Positions 44,691-56,153 of a stretch of DNA of 64,000 bases are shown here, in pieces. A program made the position numbers and the translations under genes. Within the stretch, counting starts at the first letter, position 1, and each line of letters begins with the position of its first letter. Location: the NCBI RefSeq assembly GCF_050320075.1, contig NZ_CP190018.1; one strand, 5' to 3'. Origin of the DNA: Escherichia coli. GTDB lineage: Bacteria > Pseudomonadota > Gammaproteobacteria > Enterobacterales > Enterobacteriaceae. Under the pieces are notes generated by a model. That model saw only the letters and a program-made list of their open reading frames with translations. It had not been told where the DNA came from and made no database searches.

Positions 44691-45009
44691 ATTACAAATG
44701 ATGCTGGAAGATGCAAAGGAACTGAATGCACTGGGCCTGATGTCTGATAGTGAAGTTGATGCCATTGCCGTCATGGTCAAAGCTCGTGAAGTCAGCGCCC
44801 GTATAGCCAAAGTCAAATCAATGACGGGTGAAGAGATCAAAGCCATCCGCACCCGATACGGCATGTCACAATCCGTGCTGGCACATACAATGGGAATGTC
44901 AAAAGAAAGTGTCTCGAAATGGGAACGAAATGAAATAAAACCGAGCGGCCCGGCACTACGTATTTTGAATACATTGGCAATAAAAGGGCCGGAAGTTTTT
45001 GCAAAGTAA
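44680..45009 (+). CDS. Putative antitoxin, XRE-family HTH protein (YiaG/COG2944-like)
   Basis: 109-aa ORF; C-terminal HTH (IRTRYGMSQSVLAHTMGMSKESVSKWERNEIKPSGPALRIL) resembling YiaG-type regulators; GAGGTG RBS inside the toxin 3' end. Confidence 0.6.
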   Translation: MSDKLQMMLEDAKELNALGLMSDSEVDAIAVMVKAREVSARIAKVKSMTGEEIKAIRTRYGMSQSVLAHTMGMSKESVSKWERNEIKPSGPALRILNTLAIKGPEVFAK

Positions 45010-45038
45010 AATGTTTGCAAATGATTTACCACATTCAT

Positions 45039-45064
45039 TAGTACCCCTTGATTAAGGGGTACTA
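45039..45064. terminator. Hairpin between the TA cassette and the dgcI 3' end
   Basis: TAGTACCCCTT-GATT-AAGGGGTACTA perfect 11-bp stem; no T-run. Confidence 0.35.
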
Positions 45065-45078
45065 ACACTATTCTAATT

Positions 45079-46407
45079 CTACTGCCAGCTAATCTGTGCC
45101 CTGCCGTTTTTCTTACTCTTATACAGTCGCTCATCCGCCAGCATTTTCAAGCGTTCAACGGTAGGACATTCATTTGAATGCGCTACACCGATACTGGTGC
45201 TTAAATTAATGCTTCCCACCTGGAAATGAACAATTTCTTTTAGAATCGATAGCAACTCTTCCAGCGTTCCACCCGTATAAATCACCGCAAATTCGTCACC
45301 GCCGAAGCGGTAGACTTTACCTTTATCTACCGGGATCTGTGATTTAAGGATTTTCACCACTTTCATCAACACTTCATCGCCCAGCAAATGACCGAAAGTG
45401 TCGTTGATGTTTTTGAATTTATCGACGTCAAACAGGCACAAATATCCGCCTTTTTCCGGCAGGGCTTTTAAATCTTCGTCAAAGGATTTTCTGCCCATCG
45501 CTTTGGTCAGGTCATCCAGGAACGCCGAGTTATACAGACTGTAGAGTTTTTTGACATCGGCAGCTGAAAAGAAAAGCCCGCCATCCAGTACGCGTTCAAA
45601 ATGGTTATTAATGATGGCTTCTTTCTCCACAATACCACGATTAATCACTCTGCGTACCAGATAGAGGCAACTGACACCCGATATCACTGCCACCAATGCG
45701 GCAAAGAAAATAATCAATGTACAGACCCGCAAATAAACATCTTTTTTATACGCAAATACGTACAATCCGGTCGGCAAATAGGCGAAGTGCTCCATCGCTT
45801 CCGAAACGGTGAAGATGGCGTTTTTAGCATTAAATTCATCACCGGTCACCGGTTTACCGTTCTTAAACAGAGAGAACATCAGGTTCTCGCTATCCATCGC
45901 CAGCGATTTTGACAGTAAAGAAAAACGCTCCAGACCAAGCAAAAATATCAGACTACGATTATGAGTTACCGGATAGAGGTAATAGACGAAGGTTTTACCG
46001 TCAAAAGAGATAAACCCTGTATTTTTGACATGTCGATACTTCACAATCTGCATAATATCTGCACAATAATTTTTCTCGAACTCCTTTACCTGAATACATT
46101 CGTCACTGGAAATCAGATAAGGACCGACATCGTACAAATAAGAGGGTGAAACCGAGTCGGCGTAAGCTGTGCGCAAGCCAACCAACAGCTGTTCCTCCGT
46201 GGGATTTAGCGTGTTGATAAGATCAATTGCCACGCTACGCCGATATTCAGCAATATTTGCCACCGCAAAAGCAGTATCAATAACGGACTGTTTCAGGCCA
46301 TACACCCGTTCCTTTACCATTTGAGTGTAGATCCCGCAGGCAACTGCTGAAATCATGATAAAAATCAGCAGACTGACTGTAAGTACGAACTTATTGATTC
46401 TGGACAT
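45079..46407 (-). CDS. dgcI: Diguanylate cyclase DgcI (YliF), membrane-anchored GGDEF protein
   Basis: 442-aa ORF; N-terminal TM segment, C-terminal GGDEF domain (RFGGDEF). Confidence 0.92.
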   Translation of the reverse strand: MSRINKFVLTVSLLIFIMISAVACGIYTQMVKERVYGLKQSVIDTAFAVANIAEYRRSVAIDLINTLNPTEEQLLVGLRTAYADSVSPSYLYDVGPYLISSDECIQVKEFEKNYCADIMQIVKYRHVKNTGFISFDGKTFVYYLYPVTHNRSLIFLLGLERFSLLSKSLAMDSENLMFSLFKNGKPVTGDEFNAKNAIFTVSEAMEHFAYLPTGLYVFAYKKDVYLRVCTLIIFFAALVAVISGVSCLYLVRRVINRGIVEKEAIINNHFERVLDGGLFFSAADVKKLYSLYNSAFLDDLTKAMGRKSFDEDLKALPEKGGYLCLFDVDKFKNINDTFGHLLGDEVLMKVVKILKSQIPVDKGKVYRFGGDEFAVIYTGGTLEELLSILKEIVHFQVGSINLSTSIGVAHSNECPTVERLKMLADERLYKSKKNGRAQISWQ

Positions 46408-48479
46408 ACGTAAACTACTCTTTTACTAATTTTCCACTTTTATCCCAGGCGGAGAACGGCATGGGTTTCTGGTACAGATACCCCTGAGCCTGAACACATC
46501 CTAATTTGATTAATTCGCGCGCAACGTCTTCGCTCTCTACGCCTTCCGCAATCACCGGGATCCGGTTATAGCGTGCCAGATCGAAAATAATGCGCACAAT
46601 TTTTCCCGCAGTACCGAAAATATCGCCGGTAAATTGTGAGTCCACCTTTATGCTATCTGGATTAATTTCATAAAAACGTTTCAGGTTTGACAAACCGGTG
46701 CCAAAGTCATCAATCGATATCCGTACCCCTTGTTTACGCAGTTGTTCAATATTGAGATAAAAATGTTCATTAATTCGCTCGATCACGGTTTCAGTGATCT
46801 CAACACATAGGCTGTTCGCCTTCAGGCCATTTTCTTTCATGATGGTGGTAAAACGCTCATGAAAGTGTGGTTCGTTTAACTGCCAGGGCGAAACATTAAT
46901 ATGCAGTAAGAAATCATCCTTCAGCGACGCACGCTGACTAAAATGTCTGAATTCACCCATTGCCGTTTTAATAATCTGATAACCCAGCTCATTGATAAAC
47001 CCGATATCTTCAGCAATGGTAATGAACTTTAGCGGTGAAATGATCCCCCGCTCCGCAGACACCCAACGGCACAACGCCTCCGCGCCCAGAATGGCGCGGG
47101 TGTTAATATCAACGATCGGTTGATAGACGAGGAATAGTTCGCCAATTTCCATTGCATGGCGAATATTACGCGCAATCCAGATATTCTCTTCTATTTCGTT
47201 GAGTTTCGCGTCATCACAGAAAATAAACTCTGAGAACATATGGTCACGGATACTGGAAATCGCCAGTTTCAGTTTTTCTGCGTAACTCCAGGCGTTTTCT
47301 CCCTGCAAAGGTTCACAAATGGCAGACTTATGGATGCGCAGATTGCGGTAGCCAAAGCTGCTGTCAAAATCGTTTATCATCGCTATTTTACGGGTAAATG
47401 TCTGTACATTTTCCCGGCACAGAAGTAAATAGAGATCGGCATTGAATGTCACGATATCGCAGCATTGCGCATATTTCTCGGCAATTCGCTGACACAATTT
47501 CCTGACGATTTTATTGCGTTCATCAACACCAAACACCGCTTCCACGGCTTCCAGACCACACAGTTTGATGATCCCCACAGCCAGATACTGATTATTGTTG
47601 GACTCAATAATCGCCATATTTTTAATAAAACCGCTTTCCTGATCGTAAGAGATCAGTGAGAGCAATTTATTTGACCGTTCAATTTCGGCATCTTTCATTT
47701 CCGCGATCGAATTTTTGATGCTGATAATCTCTTTCGCATCGCCTTCGCGAATTTTCAGAGCCTCGATCTGATCCGTTGAGTCGGGCAAAAACGCCAGCGT
47801 ATTAACCAGCTCGGTCATTTCAGAAAATTGCCGACGGAACACACGAGTGGTCATTAAATAAACCACCAGCAATACGATAATAATGAAAGCAAACGGCAGA
47901 TAAAAAAGTTTATCTGATGCGTTCAATAAATTACCGCCAGGATAATAAAAATAGATTTCGAATAATGCGTTGTTTGGCACCGCTGATGTTTTTTCGATAT
48001 ATTCAGTATCGACAGAATCAATAATATTATAATTACCTTCGCTATTATAAATAATCAGTTTTTCACGCGCGAGTTGATTCTTGGCAATGATCTCATGGCC
48101 TTGTTTCAAAAATAGAACTTCATCATTAGCGCTGATTTGATCAAGATACTCGTTCAGATATCGCCAGTTTAAATCGACATGTATTTTATCCACCGCTAAC
48201 AAATCGTGATCTTTGCCGTTGATGCGTAGCGTAAAAGAGATACATTTTTTACCCGGACGATCAAAGCAATTGTAGGCCGGATTCCAGCTGTTGTTAGAGT
48301 CATCTGAAGCCACCGACCATGGTCGTTTCGATGGATTAAAATCGGCAAAAATAACCCGCCCTGACTCGTCGACAAGCGGTCCATTTACTTCTTCCTGATG
48401 ATAAACAACGATTTTATCATTCGCCCTCCGCGAAAAGAGATAATATTTATTATCATCAAGTACCAGTCCCACCGAGTCT

Positions 48480-48487
48480 AAAAATGG
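48480..48487. repeat. IS1 target-site duplication, left copy (AAAAATGG)
   Basis: Identical 8 bp occur immediately outside both IS1 ends (48480-48487 and 49256-49263). Confidence 0.8.
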
Positions 48488-48502
48488 GGTAATGACTCCA
48501 AC

Positions 48503-49006
48503 TTATTGATAGTGTTTTATGTTCAGATAATGCCCGATGACTTTGTCATGCAGCTCCACCGATTTTGAGAACGACAGCGACTTCCGTCCCAGCCGTGCCA
48601 GGTGCTGCCTCAGATTCAGGTTATGCCGCTCAATTCGCTGCGTATATCGCTTGCTGATTACGTGCAGCTTTCCCTTCAGGCGGGATTCATACAGCGGCCA
48701 GCCATCCGTCATCCATATCACCACGTCAAAGGGTGACAGCAGGCTCATAAGACGCCCCAGCGTCGCCATAGTGCGTTCACCGAATACGTGCGCAACAACC
48801 GTCTTCCGGAGCCTGTCATACGCGTAAAACAGCCAGCGCTGGCGCGATTTAGCCCCGACGTATCCCCACTGTTCGTCCATTTCCGCGCAGACGATGACGT
48901 CACTGCCCGGCTGTATGCGCGAGGTTACCGACTGCGGCCTGAGTTTTTTAAATGGCGGAAAATCGTGTTGAGGCCAACGCCCATAATGCGGGCAGTTGCC
49001 CGGCAT
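48503..49006 (-). CDS. insB: IS1 InsB (C-terminal catalytic part of InsAB' transposase, made by -1 frameshift)
   Basis: 167-aa ORF overlapping insA in the -1 frame; sequence matches IS1 InsB. Confidence 0.93.
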   Translation of the reverse strand: MPGNCPHYGRWPQHDFPPFKKLRPQSVTSRIQPGSDVIVCAEMDEQWGYVGAKSRQRWLFYAYDRLRKTVVAHVFGERTMATLGRLMSLLSPFDVVIWMTDGWPLYESRLKGKLHVISKRYTQRIERHNLNLRQHLARLGRKSLSFSKSVELHDKVIGHYLNIKHYQ

Positions 49007-49200
49007 CCAACGCCATTCATGGCCATATCAATGATTTTCTGGTGCGTACCGGGTTGAGAAGCGGTGTAAGTGAACTGCAGTTGCCATGTTTTACGGCAGT
49101 GAGAGCAGAGATAGCGCTGATGTCCGGCGGTGCTTTTGCCGTTACGCACCACCCCGTCAGTAGCTGAACAGGAGGGACAGCTGATAGAAACAGAAGCCAC
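48925..49200 (-). CDS. insA: IS1 InsA (transposition repressor / N-terminal part of InsAB' transposase)
   Basis: 91-aa [45 protein letters not shown]... (zinc finger plus HTH). Confidence 0.95.
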   Translation of the reverse strand: MASVSISCPSCSATDGVVRNGKSTAGHQRYLCSHCRKTWQLQFTYTASQPGTHQKIIDMAMNGVGCRATARIMGVGLNTIFRHLKNSGRSR

Positions 49201-49255
49201 TGGAGCACCTCAAAAACACCATCATACACTAAATCAGTAAGTTGGCAGCATCACC

Positions 49256-49263
49256 AAAAATGG
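49256..49263. repeat. IS1 target-site duplication, right copy (AAAAATGG)
   Basis: See left copy. Confidence 0.8.
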
Positions 49264-49716
49264 CATCATTTCCATTTTAAGGATCACAGCGCGTTGAATC
49301 TCCTCTGTATTTTTTAATAAATACAGTGAGTCCTTTAATGTCAGGGCCGAACGTTCAATATCTTTAAAGAAATAGCCAACGTTTTTCTGAATAAGTTCAA
49401 AGCGGCTATCGGCACGTTTTACCGCGCGTTCCGAAACCAGTTGATAGTTAATGATGAAAAAAAGGCCAATAAATGACAGTGCTGCCAATAAAAATAAAAT
49501 TATCAGCCTTATCTTTATCTTTTCGTATAAACTCAGCATGTTAATACATTTAACAAAATAACTGTCTGAACGCTGTGCCGCTGCAAAAACAGTCCCTTGC
49601 TGCGGCTTTTTAACCAAATTACCCGATTCTACAAAATCAGCAGAAAGTTACAACACTTGCTTAGGGCAATAATTTCCTGTGAGGTGATTACCCTTTCAAG
49701 CAATATTCAAACGTAA

Positions 49717-50628
49717 CTATCCTTTAATTTTCGGATCCAGCGCATCGCGTAAACCATCACCCAACAAATTGAACGCCAGTACAGTCAGAAAAATAGCCAG
49801 GGCCGGAAAAATAGCGACATGCGGCGCGATAACCATATCCGCTCGGGCCTCATTGAGCATTGCACCCCACTCTGGTGTCGGCGGCTGCGCACCGAGGCCG
49901 AGAAATGACAGGCTGGCGGCAGAGATAATCGAGGTACCGATGCGCATGGTGAAAAACACCACGATAGAAGAGACAGTCCCGGGCAAGATATGGCGCAATA
50001 AGATGGTCATGTCGCTGGCACCAATACTGCGCGCCGATTCAATAAAAGTTTGCTGTTTCAACACCAGCGTGTTGCCACGCACCAGACGGGCAAAAGCCGG
50101 AATGGAAAAAATGGCGACTGCAATAATCACGTTAGCAATGCCGCTTCCCAACACCGCAACAACAGCGATCGCCAGTAAAATACCCGGGAAGGCAAACAGC
50201 ACATCGCAAATGCGCATGATCAGCCGATCCCACCAGCCTTCATAATATCCAGCCAGCAAACCCAGCAACGTCCCGATCGCCGCACCGATAAACACGGCAA
50301 ACACGCCCGCCGCCAGCGAGATTTGCGCACCAACCAGGACACGGCTGAAAATGTCACGCCCCAGTGAATCGACGCCAAACCAGTGCTGCAAAGAAGGTCC
50401 GTTATTCAGATTGTCATAATCAAAATAATTTTCGGCGTCATAGGGAACGATCCAACGTGCAAAAATGGCCACCACAATCAATAAAATAACGAATAATGCG
50501 GCGGTCATCGCCATATGCTGACGGCGAAATCGTCGCCAGAATTCATGCCACGGTGTACGTACCTGGTCAGGTTTGACCAGTGGCATGGCGTTTAACACCG
50601 CCTGACGTCGCCAGTTAAATAGTCGCAT
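49717..50628 (-). CDS. gsiD: Glutathione ABC transporter permease GsiD
   Basis: 303-aa membrane ORF, last gene of the iaaA-gsiABCD operon. Confidence 0.92.
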   Translation of the reverse strand: MRLFNWRRQAVLNAMPLVKPDQVRTPWHEFWRRFRRQHMAMTAALFVILLIVVAIFARWIVPYDAENYFDYDNLNNGPSLQHWFGVDSLGRDIFSRVLVGAQISLAAGVFAVFIGAAIGTLLGLLAGYYEGWWDRLIMRICDVLFAFPGILLAIAVVAVLGSGIANVIIAVAIFSIPAFARLVRGNTLVLKQQTFIESARSIGASDMTILLRHILPGTVSSIVVFFTMRIGTSIISAASLSFLGLGAQPPTPEWGAMLNEARADMVIAPHVAIFPALAIFLTVLAFNLLGDGLRDALDPKIKG

Positions 50629-50630
50629 CC

Positions 50631-51551
50631 TTACTTGTACCTGATAGCCGGGTTAATGGCGGCGTAAAGCACATCCACCACTAAGTTGATAAGAATAAAT
50701 TCCAGCGAGAAAAGCAGAATTTCCGCCTGAATCACCGGGTAATCGCGCATTTCTACGGAGTCAACGAGTAAGCGTCCAAGTCCGGGCCAGTTGAAAACTT
50801 TCTCCACCACGATAGAACCACCGAGCAAAAAGCCAAACTGTAAGCCCATCATGGTCACAACCGGGATCATCGCGTTACGTAGCCCGTGTTTGAGGACAAC
50901 CCAGGTTTCGCTCACCCCTTTCGCCCTCGCGGTACGCATATAATCTTCGCTTAAAACATCGACAAACGACGCGCGGGTAAAGCGCGCCATCACGGCTGCC
51001 ACTGCCGCGCCGAGCGTCAGGGAGGGTAAAATGTAGTGCTGCCAACTGTCTGCTCCCACGGTAGGCAGCCAGCCCAGTTCAACGGAGAATACCTGAATTA
51101 AAAGCATCCCCAGAGCAAATGCCGGAAACGAGATCCCCGACACCGCAATGGTCATACTCAATCGATCCGGCCAACGATTACGCCAGACGGCGGCGATAAT
51201 TCCCGCCGCCATACCAAATATCACCGCCCAGACCATACTGGTTATGGTCAGCCACAGCGTTGGCATAAAGCGGCTGGCAATCTCATCGGCAACCGGACGA
51301 CGCGACACCATCGACAGGCCAAAATCCCCCTGCACAGCATTGCTGATATAGTGCCAGAACTGGTGATACAGCGGCTGATCCAACCCCAGCTGCTGACGCA
51401 CCAGTTCTATAACCTGCGCATCAGCTTCGGGCCCGGCAATCAATCGCGCCGGATCGCCGGGCAGCATATGCACAAATAAAAACACCAGCACCGAGACGAT
51501 AAACAGCGTTGGAATCAACCCCAGTAAGCGTTTGATAACGTAATTAAGCAT
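50631..51551 (-). CDS. gsiC: Glutathione ABC transporter permease GsiC
   Basis: 306-aa membrane ORF ([17 protein letters not shown]...). Confidence 0.92.
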   Translation of the reverse strand: MLNYVIKRLLGLIPTLFIVSVLVFLFVHMLPGDPARLIAGPEADAQVIELVRQQLGLDQPLYHQFWHYISNAVQGDFGLSMVSRRPVADEIASRFMPTLWLTITSMVWAVIFGMAAGIIAAVWRNRWPDRLSMTIAVSGISFPAFALGMLLIQVFSVELGWLPTVGADSWQHYILPSLTLGAAVAAVMARFTRASFVDVLSEDYMRTARAKGVSETWVVLKHGLRNAMIPVVTMMGLQFGFLLGGSIVVEKVFNWPGLGRLLVDSVEMRDYPVIQAEILLFSLEFILINLVVDVLYAAINPAIRYK

Positions 51552-51568
51552 TCCACTCCCTGCGTTGC

Positions 51569-53107
51569 TTATTGCAAATCCGCGTCTTCAAAGCTGAAAC
51601 CGGTGTCTGGCATGATCCAAAAACCGGTCAGGTTTTTACTGTGTGCCGACACCAGTTTTTCTACCACCAGCGGGATCCACGGCGACTCTTGCCAGATGAT
51701 ATCCTGCGCCGCCTTATATAAACGGGTCTTTTCTGCCGGATCATTAGTTTTCAGTGCCTGAGCCAGGAAGTCATCCACCTGTTTATTGCTGTAAAACGCG
51801 GTATTAAACAGCGTCGGTGGCCAGTTCTGCGAGGCAAACAGCGGCGATAGTGCCCAGTCCGCTTCGCCGGTTGAAGCCGACCAGCCAGTGTAGAACATCC
51901 GCACGCCGCTCTCTTTTTGCCCTTTACCTTCAACTTCTGCCGCCCGCTGTCCGGCATCCATCGCAGTCACCTGGGCTTTAATCCCGACCTGCGCTAACTG
52001 CTGCTGGGTAAATTGCAGCACTTTCTGCGCGGTGCTGTGGTTATGTGACGACCACAGCGTGGTATTGAAACCGTTGGGATATCCCGCCTCTTTCAGTAAT
52101 TCGCGCGCTTTCACTGGATCGTAAGGCCACGGTTTATAACTTTGCGCGTAGGCGATACTCGGCGGTACCACACCAGTAGCTGGCGTTGCATAGCCCGCGA
52201 AGGCCACTTTCACCAGCGCCGGGCGGTTAATGGCGTAATTCAGCGCCTCACGGACCTTCGGGTTATCGAACGGCTTTTGCGTCACGTTCATACTGATATA
52301 ACGCTGCATAATTGACGGACTGGCCATCAACTCGATATTTTTGTTTTTCTCCAGCAGTGCGGCCTGCTCGTAGGGAATGGGGAAAGCAAACTGCGCTTCA
52401 CCGGTTTGCAGCATTGCCGCGCGGGTGTTGTTATCCGCCACCGGACGCCAGGTTATGCTGTCCAGTTTGGGCAATCCTGGCTGCCAGTAACCCGCGAATT
52501 TTTTCACCTTCACAAAATCGGTCTGATTCCAGGTATCCAGTTCATACGGCCCGGTTCCCACCGGATGAAAACCAATCTCCTTGCCATATTTTTCCAGCGC
52601 TGCCGGCGAAATCATCGCGGTCGCCGGATGGGCAAGAATATTAATAAACGCTGAGAACGGCTGTTTGAGGGTAATCTTTACCGTTGTTGGATCGATCGCT
52701 TCCGTTTTGGCAATATTCTTATACAGGTTGTAGCGTTTAAGATGATTCGCCGGATCGCTGGCCCGGTCCAGATTCGCTTTTACCGCCGCTGCGTTGAAAT
52801 CGGTGCCATCCTGGAATTTAATTCCTTCCCGCAATTTCACGGTGTATGTAAGGCCGTCATCGGAAACGGTATAACTCTCCGCCAGCACGTTTTTCAGTTT
52901 CATCTCTTTATCCAGACCAAACAGCCCCTGGTAAAACGATTTCGCTACGGCCTGAGATAACGTGTCATTTGCGTCATACGGATCGAGCGTGGTGAAGTTC
53001 GATCCTACCGCCACCACCACATCTTTGGCAGCGAATGCACAAGATGCCATCAACGCTGTCGCAATGCCCAGCGCCACTAACCCACTACGGTGTACAGCTC
53101 TTGCCAT
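51569..53107 (-). CDS. gsiB: Glutathione-binding periplasmic protein GsiB
   Basis: 512 aa from ATG at 53107 ([26 protein letters not shown] signal peptide); track ORF carries an 89-codon upstream extension. Confidence 0.92.
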   Translation of the reverse strand: MARAVHRSGLVALGIATALMASCAFAAKDVVVAVGSNFTTLDPYDANDTLSQAVAKSFYQGLFGLDKEMKLKNVLAESYTVSDDGLTYTVKLREGIKFQDGTDFNAAAVKANLDRASDPANHLKRYNLYKNIAKTEAIDPTTVKITLKQPFSAFINILAHPATAMISPAALEKYGKEIGFHPVGTGPYELDTWNQTDFVKVKKFAGYWQPGLPKLDSITWRPVADNNTRAAMLQTGEAQFAFPIPYEQAALLEKNKNIELMASPSIMQRYISMNVTQKPFDNPKVREALNYAINRPALVKVAFAGYATPATGVVPPSIAYAQSYKPWPYDPVKARELLKEAGYPNGFNTTLWSSHNHSTAQKVLQFTQQQLAQVGIKAQVTAMDAGQRAAEVEGKGQKESGVRMFYTGWSASTGEADWALSPLFASQNWPPTLFNTAFYSNKQVDDFLAQALKTNDPAEKTRLYKAAQDIIWQESPWIPLVVEKLVSAHSKNLTGFWIMPDTGFSFEDADLQ

Positions 53108-53126
53108 TTTATTCTCCGCCTGAATG

Positions 53127-54998
53127 TTATCTACGCATGAATGCGTATTCTGATTGTGGTTGTGCGACGTAATGCCCCGGCCCGACGCATTGCAACGAGA
53201 CGGCTGCCACCTCTTCGCCACGCAGATGAATATTGCTGGGAAGATCGTCCGACAGCAGTACACGCTGCGGTCGTTGTCGGGACGGTTCAGCGACCGGAAC
53301 TGCCGCCAGTAATTTACGCGTATAAGGATGCTGCGGGTTTTCGAAGACCGCGCGCCGTGGACCAATTTCAACAATTTGTCCGAGATACATCACCGCCACA
53401 CGATGACTAATCCGCTCTACCACGGCCATATCGTGGGAGATAAACAGATACGCAATGCCGAAATCACGCTGGAGATCGAGCAACAAGTTGATAATCTGCC
53501 CGCGAATAGAAACATCCAGCGCCGAGACGGCTTCGTCGGCAATGATCACTTTTGGATTCAATGCCAACGCGCGAGCAATGCAGATGCGCTGGCGCTGACC
53601 GCCGGAAAACTCATGCGGGTAACGCCAGGCATGTTCAGGTAACAGGCCCACGCGCTCCAGCAACCACGCAACGCGTGCAGCCGCTTCTTTACCTGTCAAT
53701 AAACCGTGTACGCGCAGCGGTTCGATAATCGAATCACCGATGGTCTGACGTGGGTCCAGCGAAGCGTAAGGGTCCTGAAAAATAAACTGAATATCCCGGC
53801 GCAATGCCTGAAGTTTGCCGGGTGACAAGGTATCGATTCGCTGACCGTTAAAGATAATTTCGCCGCCCTGCGATTCGACCAGGCGCAGCAACGCCCGCCC
53901 GGTAGTGGATTTACCGCTGCCAGACTCGCCCACCAGCGATAGCGTTTCGCCAGGCCAGAGATCAAAACTGACTTTCTCAACGGCATGCACTTCCCGCGTT
54001 ACGCGATTCAACAAACCGCTGCGCAAAGGGAAACGGGTGACCAGATTACGCACCCGTAAAACAGGTTCGCCATCCACCACCGTTTTCTGCTCGATGGGTG
54101 GTTCCTGTTTCGCTGGATGTTCAAGCGATATCAATGGGAAACGTCGGGGATAATCTAACCCTTTCATCGCACCAAGTTGCGGAACAGCAGCTAACAGCGC
54201 ACGGGTGTAAGGATGTTGCGGTGCATGAAAAATCTGTTCGACGCTACCCGTTTCCACCGCCTCGCCCTGATACATCACCAGTACCCGATCGGCAATCTCT
54301 GCCACCACGCCCATATCGTGAGTGATAAAGATAACGCCCATCGACATCTCTTTTTGCAATACTTTGATTAATTGCAGGATCTGCGCCTGAATAGTGACAT
54401 CCAGCGCGGTGGTTGGCTCATCGGCAATCAGCACCGCCGGGCGGCATGACAGCGCCATCGCAATCATCACTCGCTGGCGCATCCCGCCAGAGAGTTGATG
54501 CGGATAACGTGAAAGAATGGTTTGTGCCTCCGGAATGCGTACCTGATCCAGCATCCGCTTCGCCTCGACCATCGCTTCTTCACGACTGGCGTTCTGATGC
54601 AGACGAATTGATTCGGCAATCTGTTCACCCACAGTAAATACCGGGTTCAGCGATGTCATCGGTTCCTGAAATATCATCGCCATATCCGCACCGCGCACAT
54701 GGCGCATTTGTGCAGCGCTCTGCTCGCTAAGTTCAATCACTTCGCGACTGCGCCGCCGCAACAGCATTTGATCGCACTGCACTAAACCGCCCGCCTGTTC
54801 CAACAAGCGCATCAATGCCAGCGCAGTCACTGACTTACCAGAGCCGGATTCGCCAACAATTGCCAGCGTCTCACCGCGTTGCAGGCTAAAAGAGAGATTG
54901 CGGACCGCAGCTATTTTCTGCTGGTCCTGCATAAAGGCAATATTCAGATTTTCAACCGCCAGCACATCACCGGCATCAAGTTCATCACTGTGTGGCAA
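53127..54998 (-). CDS. gsiA: Glutathione ABC transporter ATP-binding protein GsiA (two fused ABC domains)
   Basis: 623 aa if started at TTG (plus-strand CAA 54996-54998, product begins [10 protein letters not shown]...); two Walker A motifs (GESGSGKS twice) and two signature motifs; start overlaps the iaaA 3' end. Confidence 0.85.
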   Translation of the reverse strand: MPHSDELDAGDVLAVENLNIAFMQDQQKIAAVRNLSFSLQRGETLAIVGESGSGKSVTALALMRLLEQAGGLVQCDQMLLRRRSREVIELSEQSAAQMRHVRGADMAMIFQEPMTSLNPVFTVGEQIAESIRLHQNASREEAMVEAKRMLDQVRIPEAQTILSRYPHQLSGGMRQRVMIAMALSCRPAVLIADEPTTALDVTIQAQILQLIKVLQKEMSMGVIFITHDMGVVAEIADRVLVMYQGEAVETGSVEQIFHAPQHPYTRALLAAVPQLGAMKGLDYPRRFPLISLEHPAKQEPPIEQKTVVDGEPVLRVRNLVTRFPLRSGLLNRVTREVHAVEKVSFDLWPGETLSLVGESGSGKSTTGRALLRLVESQGGEIIFNGQRIDTLSPGKLQALRRDIQFIFQDPYASLDPRQTIGDSIIEPLRVHGLLTGKEAAARVAWLLERVGLLPEHAWRYPHEFSGGQRQRICIARALALNPKVIIADEAVSALDVSIRGQIINLLLDLQRDFGIAYLFISHDMAVVERISHRVAVMYLGQIVEIGPRRAVFENPQHPYTRKLLAAVPVAEPSRQRPQRVLLSDDLPSNIHLRGEEVAAVSLQCVGPGHYVAQPQSEYAFMRR

Positions 54999-55950
54999 CG
55001 GTGTCCCCTTTTTCACGGTAGATACCGGTGGTTGGCGTATCGCCTGCGTAGCCCCAGGCGCGATACATTCCTTCGGTGTTAAACGGTAGCGCGACATTGC
55101 CTTCATGGTCGATAGCGATTAAGCCACCGCTACCGCCAAGCGCAGGGAGTTTTTCCATTACTACCCGCTCGCAGGCTTCCGCGAGACTTAATCCGCCGTA
55201 ATCCATTAACGCGGCGATGTCATATGCCGCCAGCGCGCGGATGAAGACTTCGCCCGTGCCGGTACATGAAACCGCCACACTGGCGTTATTGGCGTAGCAT
55301 CCGGCACCCACTAAGGGACTATCGCCAACTCGTCCGGGTAATTTATTGGTCATTCCGCCCGTGGACGTGGCTGCCGCCAGATTGCCGTCTAAATCCAACG
55401 CCACGGCCCCCACGGTGCCCATTTTCTGTTTTTCATCCAGTGGCGCACCGCTATGGTCGAGGACTGTTGCCCCTTCCTCACGCGCTGCCATTAGTTGTTC
55501 ATAACGCAAAGGCGTGGAGAAAATCTCCGGTGAGACGCGCTCCATGCCATGAGCAAACGCAAAATTTTCTGCCCCTTCGCCAATCATCATCACATGCGGG
55601 CTTTGCTCCATCACCAGCCGGGCGGCAAGAACCGGATTACGCAGATGACTAACGCCCGCCACCGCACCGGCTTTCAGGGTGTTACCATCCATCACACAGG
55701 CGTCCAGTTCATGGGTTTCATCACGCGTAAAGACAGCGCCAATTCCGGCGTTAAACAGTGGACACTCTTCCAGCAGACGCACCGCTTCCGTCACCACATC
55801 CAGCGCACTTTCGCCCGCTTCCAGCATTTTCTGCCCGGTTTCAACAATGGCAGACAGCGCCTCGATGTAGCGTAATTCCTGTTGCAGACTCATCTGCGCG
55901 CGGCTAATTGCACCTGCGCCGCCATGAATTGCAATGACTGCTTTGCCCAT
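54985..55950 (-). CDS. iaaA: Isoaspartyl dipeptidase / L-asparaginase IaaA (Ntn hydrolase)
   Basis: 321 aa from ATG at 55950 ([15 protein letters not shown]...); autoproteolytic GT site. Confidence 0.92.
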   Translation of the reverse strand: MGKAVIAIHGGAGAISRAQMSLQQELRYIEALSAIVETGQKMLEAGESALDVVTEAVRLLEECPLFNAGIGAVFTRDETHELDACVMDGNTLKAGAVAGVSHLRNPVLAARLVMEQSPHVMMIGEGAENFAFAHGMERVSPEIFSTPLRYEQLMAAREEGATVLDHSGAPLDEKQKMGTVGAVALDLDGNLAAATSTGGMTNKLPGRVGDSPLVGAGCYANNASVAVSCTGTGEVFIRALAAYDIAALMDYGGLSLAEACERVVMEKLPALGGSGGLIAIDHEGNVALPFNTEGMYRAWGYAGDTPTTGIYREKGDTVATQ

Positions 55951-56153
55951 AGTATTCATCCATTAAGGGTGGCTCGCCACTTTTGCTATAAATATCAGAA
56001 TTTTTATGAATTACTCATTCAATTTTTGAATATAGAAAGATGGATATGGCATGTAAAGGCAGGAGCCAGCGCTACGCCCGAGGTGGCATACAGTCTGTGG
56101 CGTTTTTCTGACATAATAGGCAAATTCGATTTTGCCTCCGCAGGAGTGTTTTC

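Larger units (their letters stand above)
48488..49255 (-). mobile_element. Insertion sequence IS1 (768 bp, complete)
   Basis: Terminal inverted repeats GGTAATGACTCCAACTTATTGAT (48488-48510) and ATCAGTAAGTTGGCAGCATCACC (49233-49255); encodes insA and insB with the A6C frameshift motif (plus strand GTTTTTTAA at 48943-48951). Confidence 0.95.
46415..49539 (-). pseudogene. pdeI: pdeI (yliE) c-di-GMP phosphodiesterase gene interrupted by IS1 (N-terminal fragment 49256-49539, C-terminal fragment 46415-48487)
   Basis: ATG at 49539 opens MLSLYEKIKIRLIILFLLAALSFIGLFF... (TM anchor) which runs ~95 codons into the IS1 end; the remaining ~685 codons, including the EAL domain, resume in frame on the other side of IS1; fragments sum to the ~782 aa expected. 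Confidence 0.85.

Noticed and set aside
48488-49255. Apparent sequence differences between this IS1 copy and the canonical IS1 sequence as I recall it
   Set aside because: My recollection of the canonical IS1 sequence is not reliable at single-base resolution, so no claim of an IS1 variant is made.
51569-53374. Upstream-extended versions of genes in the ORF track (gsiB 601 aa, potF 420 aa, artP 275 aa, potG 404 aa, gsiA 659 aa, fsaA 244 aa, ybjS 358 aa and others)
   Set aside because: The extensions run through the preceding gene or its intergenic region and lack an RBS; internal starts give the known protein lengths and have Shine-Dalgarno sequences, so the shorter coordinates are reported.
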